Shown here: one piece after another, positions 30,566 through 43,599 of the stretch | Position numbering within the stretch: position 1 is the first letter of the stretch | How the letters are laid out: every line of letters starts with the position of its first letter | Source of the DNA: the human T2T-CHM13v2.0 reference genome, Homo sapiens | Direction: 5' to 3' (one strand) | NCBI RefSeq assembly: GCF_009914755.1 | Contig: NC_060926.1 | Length of the DNA: 64,000 nucleotides | The notes under the pieces: generated by a model | Seen by the model: only the letters and a program-made list of their open reading frames with translations | Database searches by the model: none | Told to the model about the DNA's origin: nothing | Translations under genes and position numbers: made by a program

Positions 30566-30638
30566 AATAAATTTCTGTTCATTATACATTACTCAGTCAG
30601 TGGTATTCTATTACAGCAGCATGAAGTAGTCTAATACA
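30566..30638 (+). mobile_element. MaLR (MST/MLT1A-type) LTR 3'-end fragment
   Basis: aataaatttctgttc..cagtggtattctattacagcagc..gtctaataca. Confidence 0.7.
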
Positions 30639-33600
30639 TCTGACCAAGAACGGAGAATCTCAGTCCTATGAGGACAAAGAGGCTTCCATGACCTGCTAAG
30701 TTGCCTGGTATTGTTCAGTCTCTCCTGCAGGCTCTGTCTTGTAGCCTAGGTATCACTTGGTAGAAAAAAGCAGTCTCAGGGCAGGTGGGTAAGGAGAGGC
30801 ACTCTCATGTCTTAAGTTCAGCTGGTGCTATCCTGGGGACTCCTGTTTGATCTGGAGAAACAATGGGCCTATCTGGGCTGCCTTCTGCTACTGTGTCATG
30901 GGGGAAAGAAATACTGGATATTGATGGCCTTCCTCTGGCAGGTGGGAGGACACAAGGCATCTTGATGTTGTGTTGTTGCTCAAATCCTGGGTCCCCACAC
31001 CAGCTCTTCTATTTTTACCACCCACAGAGTTCTCCTTTATTTGCTTTTTGTACCATTTGCAGTATTTAAGGTTGTGCCTAGTGAGAGGGAGCAAGAAGAA
31101 GTGGGTCTATGCCTTCTTATCTGAGCTACAGCTTACTTAGATGTTTTTGATCCTTGTTTCTCTAATATTAATGATTAATTTTTAAAACTTTAGCCTAAAT
31201 TAATCTGTATTACCTTATTTCCATAAACTCCATAAAGACAGAATGTAGGTTTCATTTTTATATAATTAAACACCCTGTCTACAATTTACAAAGAAATGAT
31301 ATGTCATTTAAGTTTCATAAAATGGAAAAAGATTAATCACAGACAGTTTATTTCTTTAAAAAAAAACACAAATTTTACTTATTTCTGTATTTGTCATAAG
31401 TTCAACCTTTTTGCCATTATCTTGATCAGTGTAAAATGCTTGGATGGTCAGTGTTGTTTGACTTGTGTCTGTATTTGGTTAGGATCCATTTAAACTCTCT
31501 AGGATAATGTCAAAATCAATTTCTTCCTTTATACTTTCTTATTTCCAAAGAAAAGGTGCTAGATATTTCTATGAATATATAGAAATATCTATGCAAATAT
31601 GTATCTGACTAAAAATGTTGCAGGCATCTTTTCTGTTTTTTTTACCCTTTGTAATATTTTTATTTTCTGTTTATTTAGTGATATAAGGGAAAGTTGTAAG
31701 CATTTAACTACATAATCTTTTATGTTTCCACCAAACTCAATTTTTTAGTTCTTAGTATATGGCCTGTAATCTAACTTTAATATATCCCTTTTATATTAGC
31801 TTATTTCCTTGTTAACAACAAGGATATCTCTTCTGGAGTATCCCAAGTCAAGGTGGAAAAAGTAGTCAACAGGAAAATGAACAGAACACTTATTGGATCT
31901 GTATGAGAATTTAAAGCAAATGTTTCTAAATGAGAAATTGTAACTCAGGAAATATTTTGCATATTCTATCAAAATTTTGTGAATTTTGATAATAAAACAT
32001 TCACAATTCAATTAGGAGAAAAGGAAGAAAATATAAGCTACATCTATCAATAAAAGATTTTTTTTTCCATTTTTGTTTCATCTAACAGTATTCTTTTCCC
32101 TCCATAAGGAATCTGTTAAAAACTCTCTTCTTACTATCCTTCAGTCTTTTAAAATGTGTTAAATTCCCACAATGCATTATTTGAGCCTATATCTGTGGAC
32201 ACTCTTTATGTGTTGGTATTTGAGCAAAAGTAGGAAGAATAAATCCAGAAATAAAAATGAATGGGAAATTTGACAGGAGAGATTGCTTTCTACTGCCAAA
32301 TATATAACTATACTTCATCTAGTCTATCACTCAAGGAGGTTTCAGAATGAAGAATCATTTCCAAAATGCCATCCTACTTTCATCTTTTCCCAAGGAAGTT
32401 CAGAATAACCTGCAAGTGGATCACTGAACAAAGAAAGTACAAAACCACAAATAGTCCCTCTAAGGTCCTTTAAACCACAAACTTGGAACATTTTTATGAC
32501 ATTTCAAAATGACTTGTGATCCTGATACTACTAGTTAAAGATATAGCTTGAATCAAATAAAATAAATTATAGGTCATCTGTCTAAGGATGGAACATTTTG
32601 TTTTGTTTTATTTTCCCCATTTGACTTCTTAAAATTAATTATAGTTTCTTTAATATATATTGCAGAGATTATATATTTTTAAATCCAGGTTATAGAATAA
32701 AAATACTTTGCTTCACTTATCATTTGATATAAGTTCTATAAGTAAAAACTCAGTTCTACTTATATATTTCTACATAGAAGCACCACTTATAGTTCGTTGG
32801 CATTTTAAAAAGAAGGTAAAATTATGCTAACTGATTTTGCTATGAGACAGATCAACCTAGATTTTATGAATACAATAATTAACTTAAGTGCTTCAAATGG
32901 GTTTAGTGCTTTATGGTCTGAGATACTGCTTCCACCTAAAGAAACACCAATTTAGCAGAAACTAGAAAAAGAATTGGGAAAGAAGAAAGTGTTTTTTGGA
33001 AATACACCAACCATAAAAGAACGAAGCTCACTCTGCTCCTCTTAAAGTTTACTGCATTGTAATTGGGAATTTGTTATTTCCCTGGTTCCTTTGAGTAATA
33101 TAGACATAAGCAAAGAGAGTATTTATGTTCTGCACGAGTCCACTCATGTCTGTATTGTTGTGATTACCCTCCCCTAACGCTAAGTTACTAACTTATGCTT
33201 TAGCAAAGAGAGTGTAAACTATTCTAATGAAAGCTTATATAACTGCATATTATAAAGCATAACTGCTTACATAGGCTACCAATATCTGAGGCAGTCATGA
33301 TCATATGCTTGCAAATTGGTGAATGCAGAGGTTGCATACAAACCGTTGAAAAATTTGGGGTACTTAGCAATTCAAATTCTAAATTAAAGGAGCAATTATT
33401 TCTGAGATCTTCAGAGCAATTCTGATTTTTACAGCCTACTCTATGGATATGGTATGTCTCAGATGACATCCTCTCTTATGATTCCAGCTCAGTTCGCTGT
33501 ATCCCTTTAGCTTCAAGTTGAACTCAGTTCTCTATTAGGTATTTAGAATCCTCAGATTATTTGCAAGGACTATCTACAAATATATAAATTATCCACTTTG

Positions 33601-33654
33601 TTAACCATTCTAAAAACACAGGTGACAACTTAACATTTTCCCTTAATAAAATCA

Positions 33655-33865
33655 CTATATTGTAATATGGCAGAAAGAACTCTAGGCACTTAAATCAGAT
33701 TCTGAAATGCTATATTGCTTCCTATTGACCTATATGGGCTTGGACAAGTAATTGTATCTCTGGGATTATCAGTGTCCTCATATGGAAAATTTCACTCTTA
33801 AAGCTGTTAAGAGGCTTAAACCAGATAATTTGCTAAAATTGACTAAGATAGTGCCTGGCACAAAA
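33655..33865 (+). mobile_element. MIR
   Basis: ggcttggacaagtaattgtatctctggg..gtcctcatatggaaaat..gtgcctggcaca. Confidence 0.7.
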
Positions 33866-34647
33866 CTTCCCCATGCTTCTTCTCTGCTTCTGTCTCTCCC
33901 TTTCCATTCACTTATTGTACTCTCGGGCCATCATATCTGCTTTTACATTGGCTGATCAGAGTAAAGTGTTAGCAGGGTTGGCTCAGCAATGGGAGATGAG
34001 AACAGAAATTTAAAACAAATAAGGCTTCCACTATTTTTCATCCTTGGCAGAATCCATTTTAATTGCTTGTTTCATCAAGTAATCATTGCAGTCAATAACT
34101 TGTCCAACACACTAATGCAAAGCTAAATGACTGTCAGCTGGCTCAGGACAGCCTGGCCCACTGCATGATGACAGGCTGTGATAGGATCTCTCATTATATT
34201 AGTGGAAATGCATTTCTAGTAAAATTATGCACTCATAAAATATAAATAAAAATATCTCTGAACTGAAGGAGTTATGTGCCAAGTAAGATAATGCTTTTGA
34301 GGTACTGAACTACAATGCTTGATAAATTAAAAAGTACTCAGTAAATGTCAGATGTAATTATTATTATTAATTGGCATATTTCTCCTTAAAGTAAGCTAAA
34401 CCTACATTAAGTAAATTGTTAAATTTCAGATGTCTATGTTAAAAACAACATGGAAAAGTTGTAGTTTCAACTCAGTTTTGGACATAGCACCATCTTTAAA
34501 TTATGACACACTTAAAATTGTTTATTCATTATTTATGATACCAGAATCTAGAATGCTCCATTCTTAGTATGACTTTAAATCAAGGCAAAAAAGATATGCA
34601 ACACATTGCTAATCACTGTTAAATGATAAAGATACTGAGTTCTAAGG

Positions 34648-34968
34648 GTTTTTCTTTCTTCTTCTTCTTCATTTTTTTTTTTTTTTTTTTGAGACAGGGT
34701 TTCACTCTGTTGCCCAGGCTAAAGTACAGTGGTTCAATAATGGCTAACTGCAGCCTCGAATACCTGGGCTCAAGCAATCCTCTCTCCTCAGCCTCCCAAG
34801 TAGCTGAGACTATAGGTACATGCCACCATGCCTTGTTAATTTTTTATTTTTTGTAGGGATGAGGCCTCACTGCATTGTCCAGGCTGGTCTTGAACTCCTG
34901 GGTTTCAGCGATTTTCCCACCATGGCCTCACAAAGTGTTGAGATTCTAGGTGTGAGCCACTGTATCTG
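34648..34968 (-). mobile_element. AluJ
   Basis: Poly-T followed by gagacagggtttcactctg..ctgggctcaagcaatcc. Confidence 0.9.
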
Positions 34969-36360
34969 AAAGTTTCAAAAGAAACTTTCAACTTTCATTA
35001 GATTTTGTTCTTCTTTTAGGCAGTAGAGATAAATTAGAACTAGAGACTGCTTTGGGATTAATCTGAGAGACTGACACATTATGATAATAATAGTTTTATT
35101 ATAAGACTTTTTTGTATATTCAAAATGTTATGGATGATAGAGCAGCAAGTTTTCTAAGGAGTAAATCATAGAACTGGCAATCAAATGACTATGGCCTTGC
35201 CAGTTGGATGAGGGAGAGTGTAAGAAAGGCAAGTGAACATGTGATGTATACAAAACAACACATTCAGAATCACAGATCTGTGAAAAACAGTCAAACCAAG
35301 TCAATGAGAACTTGAATGCCATACAGTGAGAAGAGAGAGGTTTGGGATAAATTATGCAGGATATTGTGAGTTTAATCTTTGGAAAAAGGGACCAAGAGAA
35401 GCCTATTGGAAAGAACAGTTTGGTGTTTAGGCATCCACTATGACAGCACTGTGGAAGATTAACAGAAAAAAAAAAGTGAGATGTGTTACCTTTGGTTTTA
35501 ACTTGGACATTTAAACAGCTTGGAAGTCATCAATTTAATCCCCCAAATAACAAAAAGCTAAAAATTCTGAAAATCAATGACTTTCCTTGGATTCGTCATT
35601 TAATTGAGGTCACAGGACAATCTGTCACCCCAAAATCCGGAGATAGGCAAATGCAGAGAATCACAGCGAACATTAGCTTACCTGAAATAGAGGCTGGTGG
35701 AACCATAAATTGGTTGGAACATTTAAATGGCAATTTTTGTGAATTGTTGGAGACTAAGTGCTGAGTAGCTTTTGAGAGGGAGAAATTCCTGGGGAATCAG
35801 TCTTATGAGTACCCTCACCCATTCATGGGTTTTACTTGCAGGAAAATCACCAGGAGTCCCCAGTGAAGTGCCAAGAAAAACCCTATTATGTTTTAGGTAG
35901 GGCAAGACAAAAATAGCCATTTAAAATATGCCCAGAGTTTTCTTAATAAGAAGCCTATACTCCAATTGAAAACACTTTATCTGAGCCTTATTTAAATTGG
36001 AGGATGAACAATTAACCACCTTCAGCCCCTTTCAGCCTTTCTCAATGACCTCAAGTAAGAGGAAAAATCTAAGGAACTTTGAAGGTCTAAGGTCATGGGC
36101 AATGGCTACTAAAAAGTCTAAGATTTACTAAGAAGATTATAGAGTACTTCTCCACCTCTTTCATACCTTAACATCACATCAACAGGGCTCCAACATAACA
36201 ACATGGAATTACAGCTAAAGGAATTGCAACTCCTGGACTATTTAAGGAGTTCTTAGGGAAATGTAAAGACAATGAGTCGGGGGTAAAAAATAACATTAGA
36301 AGAAATTGGAGCCTCGGTCACCTATACATATAACAAACATTAAATACTGCCCAACTTCTG

Positions 36361-36702
36361 GGCCAGGTGCGGTGGCTCACACCTGTAATCCCAGCACTTT
36401 GGGAGGCCAAGGCGGGCGGATCACCTGAGATCAGGCGTTTAAGACCAGCTTGGCCAACATGGTGAAACCCTATTTCTACTAAAAATACAAAAATTTGCCA
36501 GGCACAGTGGTGGGCATCTGTAATCCCAGCAACTTGGGAGCATGATGACAGGATTTCTCATTTCTCCTGAGGCAAGAGAATCGCTTGAACCTGGGAGGCG
36601 GAGGTTGCAGTGAGCTGAGGTCACGTCACTGTACTCCAGCCTGGGCGACAAGAGCGAGCGAGACTCCATCTCAAAAGAAACAAACAACAACAACAAAAAA
36701 AC
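36361..36702 (+). mobile_element. AluS (Sq/Sp/Sx-like) with a 26-bp internal insertion
   Basis: Full Alu with a 14-bp TSD ACTGCCCAACTTCT (36346-36359/36706-36719). Confidence 0.93.
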
Positions 36703-38407
36703 AACACTGCCCAACTTCTAGTCATGTTAACATACAATTTCACATCAAAGCTTATTTACCTCTTTTCCTATTACCTGATTCATCTTACTTGGACATCAAC
36801 AAAAAATTAAAGGCAAGCTTAAAGGCAAGAGAATACACAGTCGTAAGAGACAAAGAAAGCATCAGAACTAGATTCAGATAAGACAAAAATATTGGAAATA
36901 TCAGACAAGGAATTTAAAATAATGATCATAAATATGTTAAAGGCTTTAATATATAAAGCAGACAGTATGAAGGAATTGATGACTAATATAACTGGAGATA
37001 TAAAACTTCAGGAATGAATTAATAGGACATGCTAAAACTCAAAAATACTTAAACAAATTTCAAAAAAAAATGTCTTTGATGGGCTCACCAGTAGTCTAGA
37101 CATAGATGGGGAAAGAATCAGAGAACTCGAAGATAAGTAAATACAAATTTCCAAACATGAAATAAAAAAGAAAAAATGGAAAAGAAATCAGAAAAGAATA
37201 TTCGAGAATAACAGAGAGGAGAGAAAGAATAAAAGGGCAGAAGAAATATTTGAAGTAATAGTGGTTGAGAATATTCAAAAATAATGAGAGACACCAAACC
37301 ATAGATCCAGGAAGTTCAGAGAATACTAAGTTGCATAATATATATATATAAATATCTACACTTAGACATATTGTATTCAAACTGCAGAAAGCCCAACATA
37401 GTGTCTTGTAGGAAACCAGAGGTGAAAATATCAACTTATCTTTACAGAAAAAAAAAGGATTAAAAAAACACATTGGACATATCAGAAGCCATCCAAGCAA
37501 GAGGAAAATGGATTGCAATTTTAAAAGTGTTGCCAGAAAAACCACACCAACCTAGCATTCTATATCCAGGGAAATAATCCTTCAAAAATGAAGAATAAAA
37601 AACACTTTCTCAGACCAACAAGAACCAAGGGAATTTGTCCCGACTAGATCTGCTCTGCAAAAATATGGTAAAAGAAGTTGTTGAGAGAAGGAAAACATAT
37701 GTAAAAATTCTAATCTACATGAAGAAAAAAGATATTCAGAGAAGGGATAAACGAAAATGAAATAAAAATATTTTTCTTTTTCTTAATTGATCTAATAGAT
37801 AACTCTCTCTTCAAAGTAATAGCATCAATAACATATTGGGTGGTTATAATATATGGTAAATGAAACACATAATAAAAATAACATGGATCAGAGTACAGAA
37901 AATAAGAACATCTCTGTTTTAAGGTACCTACACCACATGTCAAGCTATATAGAGTTATTTTAAGGTAGACTTAGATCAGTTAAATATATATAGTATACTC
38001 TGAAAAAAAACACTACTTTTTTTAAAGATGTATAACTGATACACTAAGAAAGGAAACAAATCAGAATGATACAAAATATTTGACTAAAGCTAGAGACAGC
38101 AGAAAAAGAAGGAAGAAAAAGAAAAAATATAACAGTAGAAAAAAGCTTAAAATGTGGCTCATATGCATAACTAACCAACCATATTAATAATTACTTTAAA
38201 TATGAATTGCCTAAATACTCTAATTAAAATATAAAGCTCATCAGAGTGGATAACAGCAATGAAAACAGAAAATAAATAAGAACAGACAATAGGTTGTCTA
38301 AAAGAAACCTCCCTTAAAAATAAAGACAAAGGAAAGAAAAAAGATTTACCATGCTAATATTAAGCCAAAGTTGGAGTAGCTATATTAATTTCAAACAAAG
38401 CTGAGAA

Positions 38408-38612
38408 ATTATTAGAGCTAATAAATGGGCATTATATAGTGAGATTACTAGAGCTAATAAGTGGGCATTCTATAGTGATGAATGAAAAATTGAAATTATT
38501 ATTAGATCTAATAAGTGGGCATTATTAGAGCTAATAAGTGGGCATTATGTAGTGATATTATTAGAGCTAATAAGTGAAATTATTGGAGCTAATAAGTAGG
38601 CATTATGTAGTG
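38408..38612. repeat. Irregular tandem array of ATTATTAGAGCTAATAAGTG(GGCATTATGTAGTG), 6 cores
   Basis: Direct reading. Confidence 0.85.
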
Positions 38613-39856
38613 AAAAATGGGTAAAGTCTTTAAGAAGACATAAAAATCTTTATTAATATACAGCTAACTATAGAGCATCAAAATATGTAAAGCAAAGACT
38701 GATAGAACTGAAAGGAAACGTAGTAAATCCACTATTGCTGCTGATGATTTCAGCACTTCTCTTTCAGTCATTGATAGATTGAGCAGAATTAGGTCAATAG
38801 GATGTAGCTGAACTGAAGAACAGCAACATCTTGATCTAATTGACAATAATGGAATAGTTCGACCAGCAACAGCAGAATTTACATCACATCAAGTTCGCAT
38901 GAAACACACTTTAACAAATTTAAAATAATATAAATCATACAACATATGTTCCTTAATCACAGTGGAATTAAACTAGAAATTAGTATCAGAAAGATAACTG
39001 GAAAATTCTAACATATTTGGAGATTAAATACATGGGTTGATTTTCAAGACATTTAAAAAGTCTTTGATCTAGATTAAAATGAAAATAAAACTGTGTGGGA
39101 TGAAGCAAAAGCAGTGCTTGGAAGGCAACTTAAAATATTAAATGCATACGCTTAAAAAAATGAAAGGTCTCATGTCTATGATCTAAGCTTTCACCTCAGA
39201 AAACTAGAGATAGAAGACCAGGTTAAGTTTAAAGCCAGCAGAAAAAATAATAATTATAGCAGAAATCAAAGAAATTTAAAAATAAAAATAATAGAGAAAA
39301 ATAGCAAGCCTAAGTCCTTGTTATTTGAAAATATTAATAAAGTTTATAAACCTTTAGCCAAGGTAACAGAAAAAAATAGAAAAACACAAACTACTAATAT
39401 CCGAAATGAAAGGTTATCACTGCTAATCCCATGTACATGAAAAGATAATGAAAGAATGCTATAAACAATTCTATACACACACATTTTCTAACTTAGATAA
39501 AACGGACTAATTCCCGAAAAGACAAAAACTACCAAAACTCACATAAGGAGAAAAAGATAATATAAATAGTCCTTTACCTTCTAAAAAAATGGATCAATAA
39601 TTAATAAGTTTGCAAAAAAAAAACACATGGTTTAGATGGTTTCTTTGGAGTACCAAATATTTAAGGAAGAAGGAATACAAATCCTCTATGAGTTCTTACA
39701 GAGAAAAGAATCAGAAAATTCCTCATAAGGAATTCCATGAAATCATTGTTACCAGAATACCCTAGCCAAATAAAGATATTACTAGAAAGAAAAATATCAG
39801 ACCAATATCTTTTAACATGGAAAAATATCCTCAAAATATTCACAAGTCAAATCCAA

Positions 39857-39858
<2 letters not shown>

Positions 39859-39887
<29 letters not shown>

Positions 39888-39920
39888 CATGTGTGTGTGT
39901 GTATACACACATACATATAT
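39859..39920. repeat. (TA)n(TG)n microsatellite
   Basis: Direct reading. Confidence 0.9.
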
Positions 39921-42900
39921 AACCACAACCAGTGGGATTTATTTCAGATTTGCAAGACTACTTTAACAGTTAAAAGGCAATTAATGTGATCTACCACATC
40001 GAAGGCTAAAGAGAAAAAATAATACAATTATATAAGTTGATATAAAAACATTTGAAAGAATCCAAAATTCATTAATGTAATAACAACAATCTCGGCAAAC
40101 TAGAACTACAGGGGAAACTCTTCACTTTATCAAAATAGTTTCTCACAGTTAATTATAATGGATACAGTAGGTTTATTGTTTATCTACAATAATAAACCTA
40201 CTGTGTATCTACAATAAACCTGCTGCATCCATTGTTTATCTACAACAATAAACCTATTCTTTATCTACAATAAGCCTACTGCATCCGTTATAATTAACTG
40301 TGAGAAAGTAGATGCTTTCCTCCTAAAATTGGGAGTAAGGAAGGATGTCCTGTCCCACTCTTCTTATCCAATATTGAACTGAAGTTGTAACTAGTGCAAT
40401 AAGATAAGGAAATAAATCAAGGGTGTACAGAATGAGAAGAGAGCACTAAAACCATCTGTCATTTACAGGTAACATAATTGTCTATGTAGAAAAATTCTGA
40501 AGAATTGCCAAACATATCCCTTGAACTGTGAGAAGTCTAACACAACCACAGGATAAAACAATTAATATACCATAGTCAATTGTTTTCTGATATATAAGTT
40601 CAACAACTGGAATTTGAAATTAAAATTAAAAACACAATGCAATTTAAAATAGCACCAAAAATGAAATATGTTAAGTATAAACTAACAATATCTGTATATA
40701 CTAAAATCTTCATGAAAGAAATGAAATATCTAAATAAATATAGAGATATTCCCTGTTTAAGGATTGGAAGACTCAATATAGTTAAACTGTTTATCTTCCC
40801 AATATGATCTACAGATTCACACAATCCTAAACCAAATTCTAGCAAGTTACTTTGTAGTTATTACCAAATTCATTTTAAAGCTTACAAGAAGAGACAAAAA
40901 GACCCTAAATAACCAACACAATAGTTAAGACAAAGAATAAGATCAGAGGACTGACAACTGCATTTCAAAGCTTACTATAAAGTTACAGTAATGAGATCAA
41001 TGGAAGACAATAAGCTCCTGCAATATATAGCCAATTGATCTCTGACAAAGGAGCAAAGACAATTTATGGACAAAGGATAGCCTTTCCAACAAATGGGGCT
41101 TGAACAATTGGAGATCTATATGCTACAAAATTAATCTAGACACGTATCTTATACATAATAACTCAAAATAAAGCATAGAGCTACATGTAAAATGCAAAAC
41201 CATAAAACTTCTAGAAGAAAATATAGGAGACAATCTTGGTGATTTGGGACTTGGCAATGAGTATGTAGTTATAACACCAAAAACACAGTCCTTGAAAGAA
41301 AAAAACTGGTAAGTTGGACTTCATTAACAACAACCACCATCACCACAACAACAAAAAACAAATTTCTGTTAAAGACACTGTTAAAAGCATGTAAAGACAA
41401 GTCACAGACTGGGTTAAAGTATTCATAAACACACATATTTGACAAAGGATTTGTATCTAAAATATACAAAGAGCACTTAAACCTCAACATAAGAAAACAA
41501 GTCACTCAACTAAAAATGGGCAACAGACCTAAACAAAAACCTTACTAAGGAAAATAATAAAATGGCACTTTACTCCTGCTAAAATAGCTAAAATGCAAAA
41601 ATCAGACCATGCTAAAGCTATTGAGGCTGTACAGCAATGGAAACTCTTCATTGGTTGCCGATGGAAAAAGAAAATAGGTCATTCATCTTGGGGGACAGTT
41701 TGGTGGTTTCTTACAAAGCTAAACATAGTTTTTCCATTGATGTGGCAATCATCTTCCCAAGTATTTACTCAATTGCTTTCAAATATGTACGCCACTCAAA
41801 ATATCCACACAAATATTTTTCATAGCTTTATTCATAACTGCCCAAAACTAGAAACAACCAAAACCCTCTTTAAAATGAATGAAAAAATAAACAGTGGTAC
41901 ATTTAATAGAACATTCTTTACCTTTAAAAATAAATGAGCTACCTAGCCATGAAAACACCTGGAGGAAATTTAAATTAACATAGATAAGTGAAATAATCCA
42001 GTCTGCAAAGGCTACATACTGTATAATTCCAATTATATGACATTCTGGAAAAGGCAGAATTTGAGACAGTATAATGATCAGTGGTTGCCATGGATTCTGG
42101 AGGCAATGAGAGAAGACTGGTGAAAGGCAGGGGAGGTTTTAGAGCTGAGAAACAATTCTGCATGATAATATAATGGTGACTACATGACACTATGCCTTTC
42201 CCTTAACCCATAGAACTTTATAACGTAGATAGTGAACTATAATGTATGCAAATGTGAAAGAATTTATTTCAGAGGTGGGAAAATCCCGTGAAGTAATGCA
42301 GAGTATGACAATGAATCTAAACTGTAATATAAATGTAAAAAACAACCTCACTGAAGAGAGTGGTGGGGGACAAGGAGGGGAAAGATGATGATTAACTTCT
42401 TAAATGAGTGAGGACTGTAAGATTAAAGGCAAAAGAAATTATACGTAGGCACTGCAATCTAGTTACTGAAGTTGTTTTCCATGGAAATATGGGTTAACAA
42501 TGTTGATACTTCTATACATATTTACTGAACTGAACAATTAAGTATATAAATGGCAGATTGTAGAAGTCAAGTTTCTCATTGATGGAGTGGGGATTTACAG
42601 ATAACACATTGAAGGAGACTAGACTGATCCATGTGCTAATGGGCTAAGTAAGAGACATTAGTGTGAACCCTTGTTTAGTTATGTATAGATCCAGAAAAAA
42701 ACATACAAAAATAATTACAGACATGTATAGTCTTAGTTACTATACATATATATAACATGGTAACTAAGTAATATAATATCCTAGATGGGATACTGGAATA
42801 GAAAAATTACATTAGGTAATAACTTTAAAAATCTGAATAAACAGTGAACTTTAGTAAATAATAATGTGTCAATATTGGTTCATTAATTGTAATGAATATA

Positions 42901-43599
42901 TTACACTAATATCTGATGTTCATAATGGGGGAAGCTGTATGACAGAATATATGGGAACTCCATATTACCTGTTTCATTTTTTTGTATATCTAATAAGCAT
43001 TCTAAAAATAAAGTCCATTAAAAATATAAAAGTATAAATAAATACATGATAGAGGTGATATAACTTGATATGTTTCAGAGATTAAAATGTACTGTATTTA
43101 AGTTTTTATTTAATGCCTTAGATGTATTTATGGAAGAATTAGAGAAAATTGTAGAATTGCTTGAATTTGAGAATTTTCCCCTCATTTGGAAGTATGAAAA
43201 ATGTTTTGCTTTATAGTAACACGTGTGCTCTAAAACAGAGACACAAAGCGAATACCTCAAATAATTGTGTTGAACTTGTGTGACAGTTTTCAACAAGAAA
43301 ATTTACAGTTTTATATGGGTTATTTTAGTGTTAGCTCTAGGCAGGTCAAAGAGAAAACCGTAAAATCTCTGCATATTTGCAAAATTCTAAGTAATTTTCC
43401 CCCAATTACTTTAATTGTAATCCCCTAATTACTTTAAATAAAAATTATTGTGCTGTTATTACAATGCTGTATGACTTTTTAGAGTAATGGTCAAAATACA
43501 AGTTCTGAGGTAAAACAATATTACATAAACACAGAATTACACTTCTGACAACTTGAGTCTGATCTTTTTTTGTTTTTATTTATTAAAAAATCTCAGTAA

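Larger units (their letters stand above)
25945..31128 (-). mobile_element. Ancient L1MC/L1MD element: 3'UTR ~25945, ORF2 remnant to ~30219, 5'UTR ~30720-31128; ORF1 region replaced by a composite insert
   Basis: 3'UTR atacagagagatcccttgta.., ORF2-like peptide CSWIGRNSIV..FTWNAQG (27565-27762), endonuclease-region DNA to 30219, and an L1M-like 5' end at rc 31128. Confidence 0.75.
35480..43040 (+). mobile_element. Near-full-length ancient L1MC-type element (5'UTR, ORF1 and ORF2 remnants, long 3'UTR)
   Basis: A-rich L1 sense composition, endonuclease-like DNA at 38200-39100, RT-like DNA at 39650-40600, and an L1MC 3'UTR (gggatactggaatagaaaa..ctgaataa..tctaaaaataaag). Confidence 0.8.

Noticed and set aside
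38408-38612. Palindromic repeats resembling a CRISPR array
   Set aside because: There are no unique spacers and no cas genes, and the unit derives from the surrounding L1 in primate DNA.
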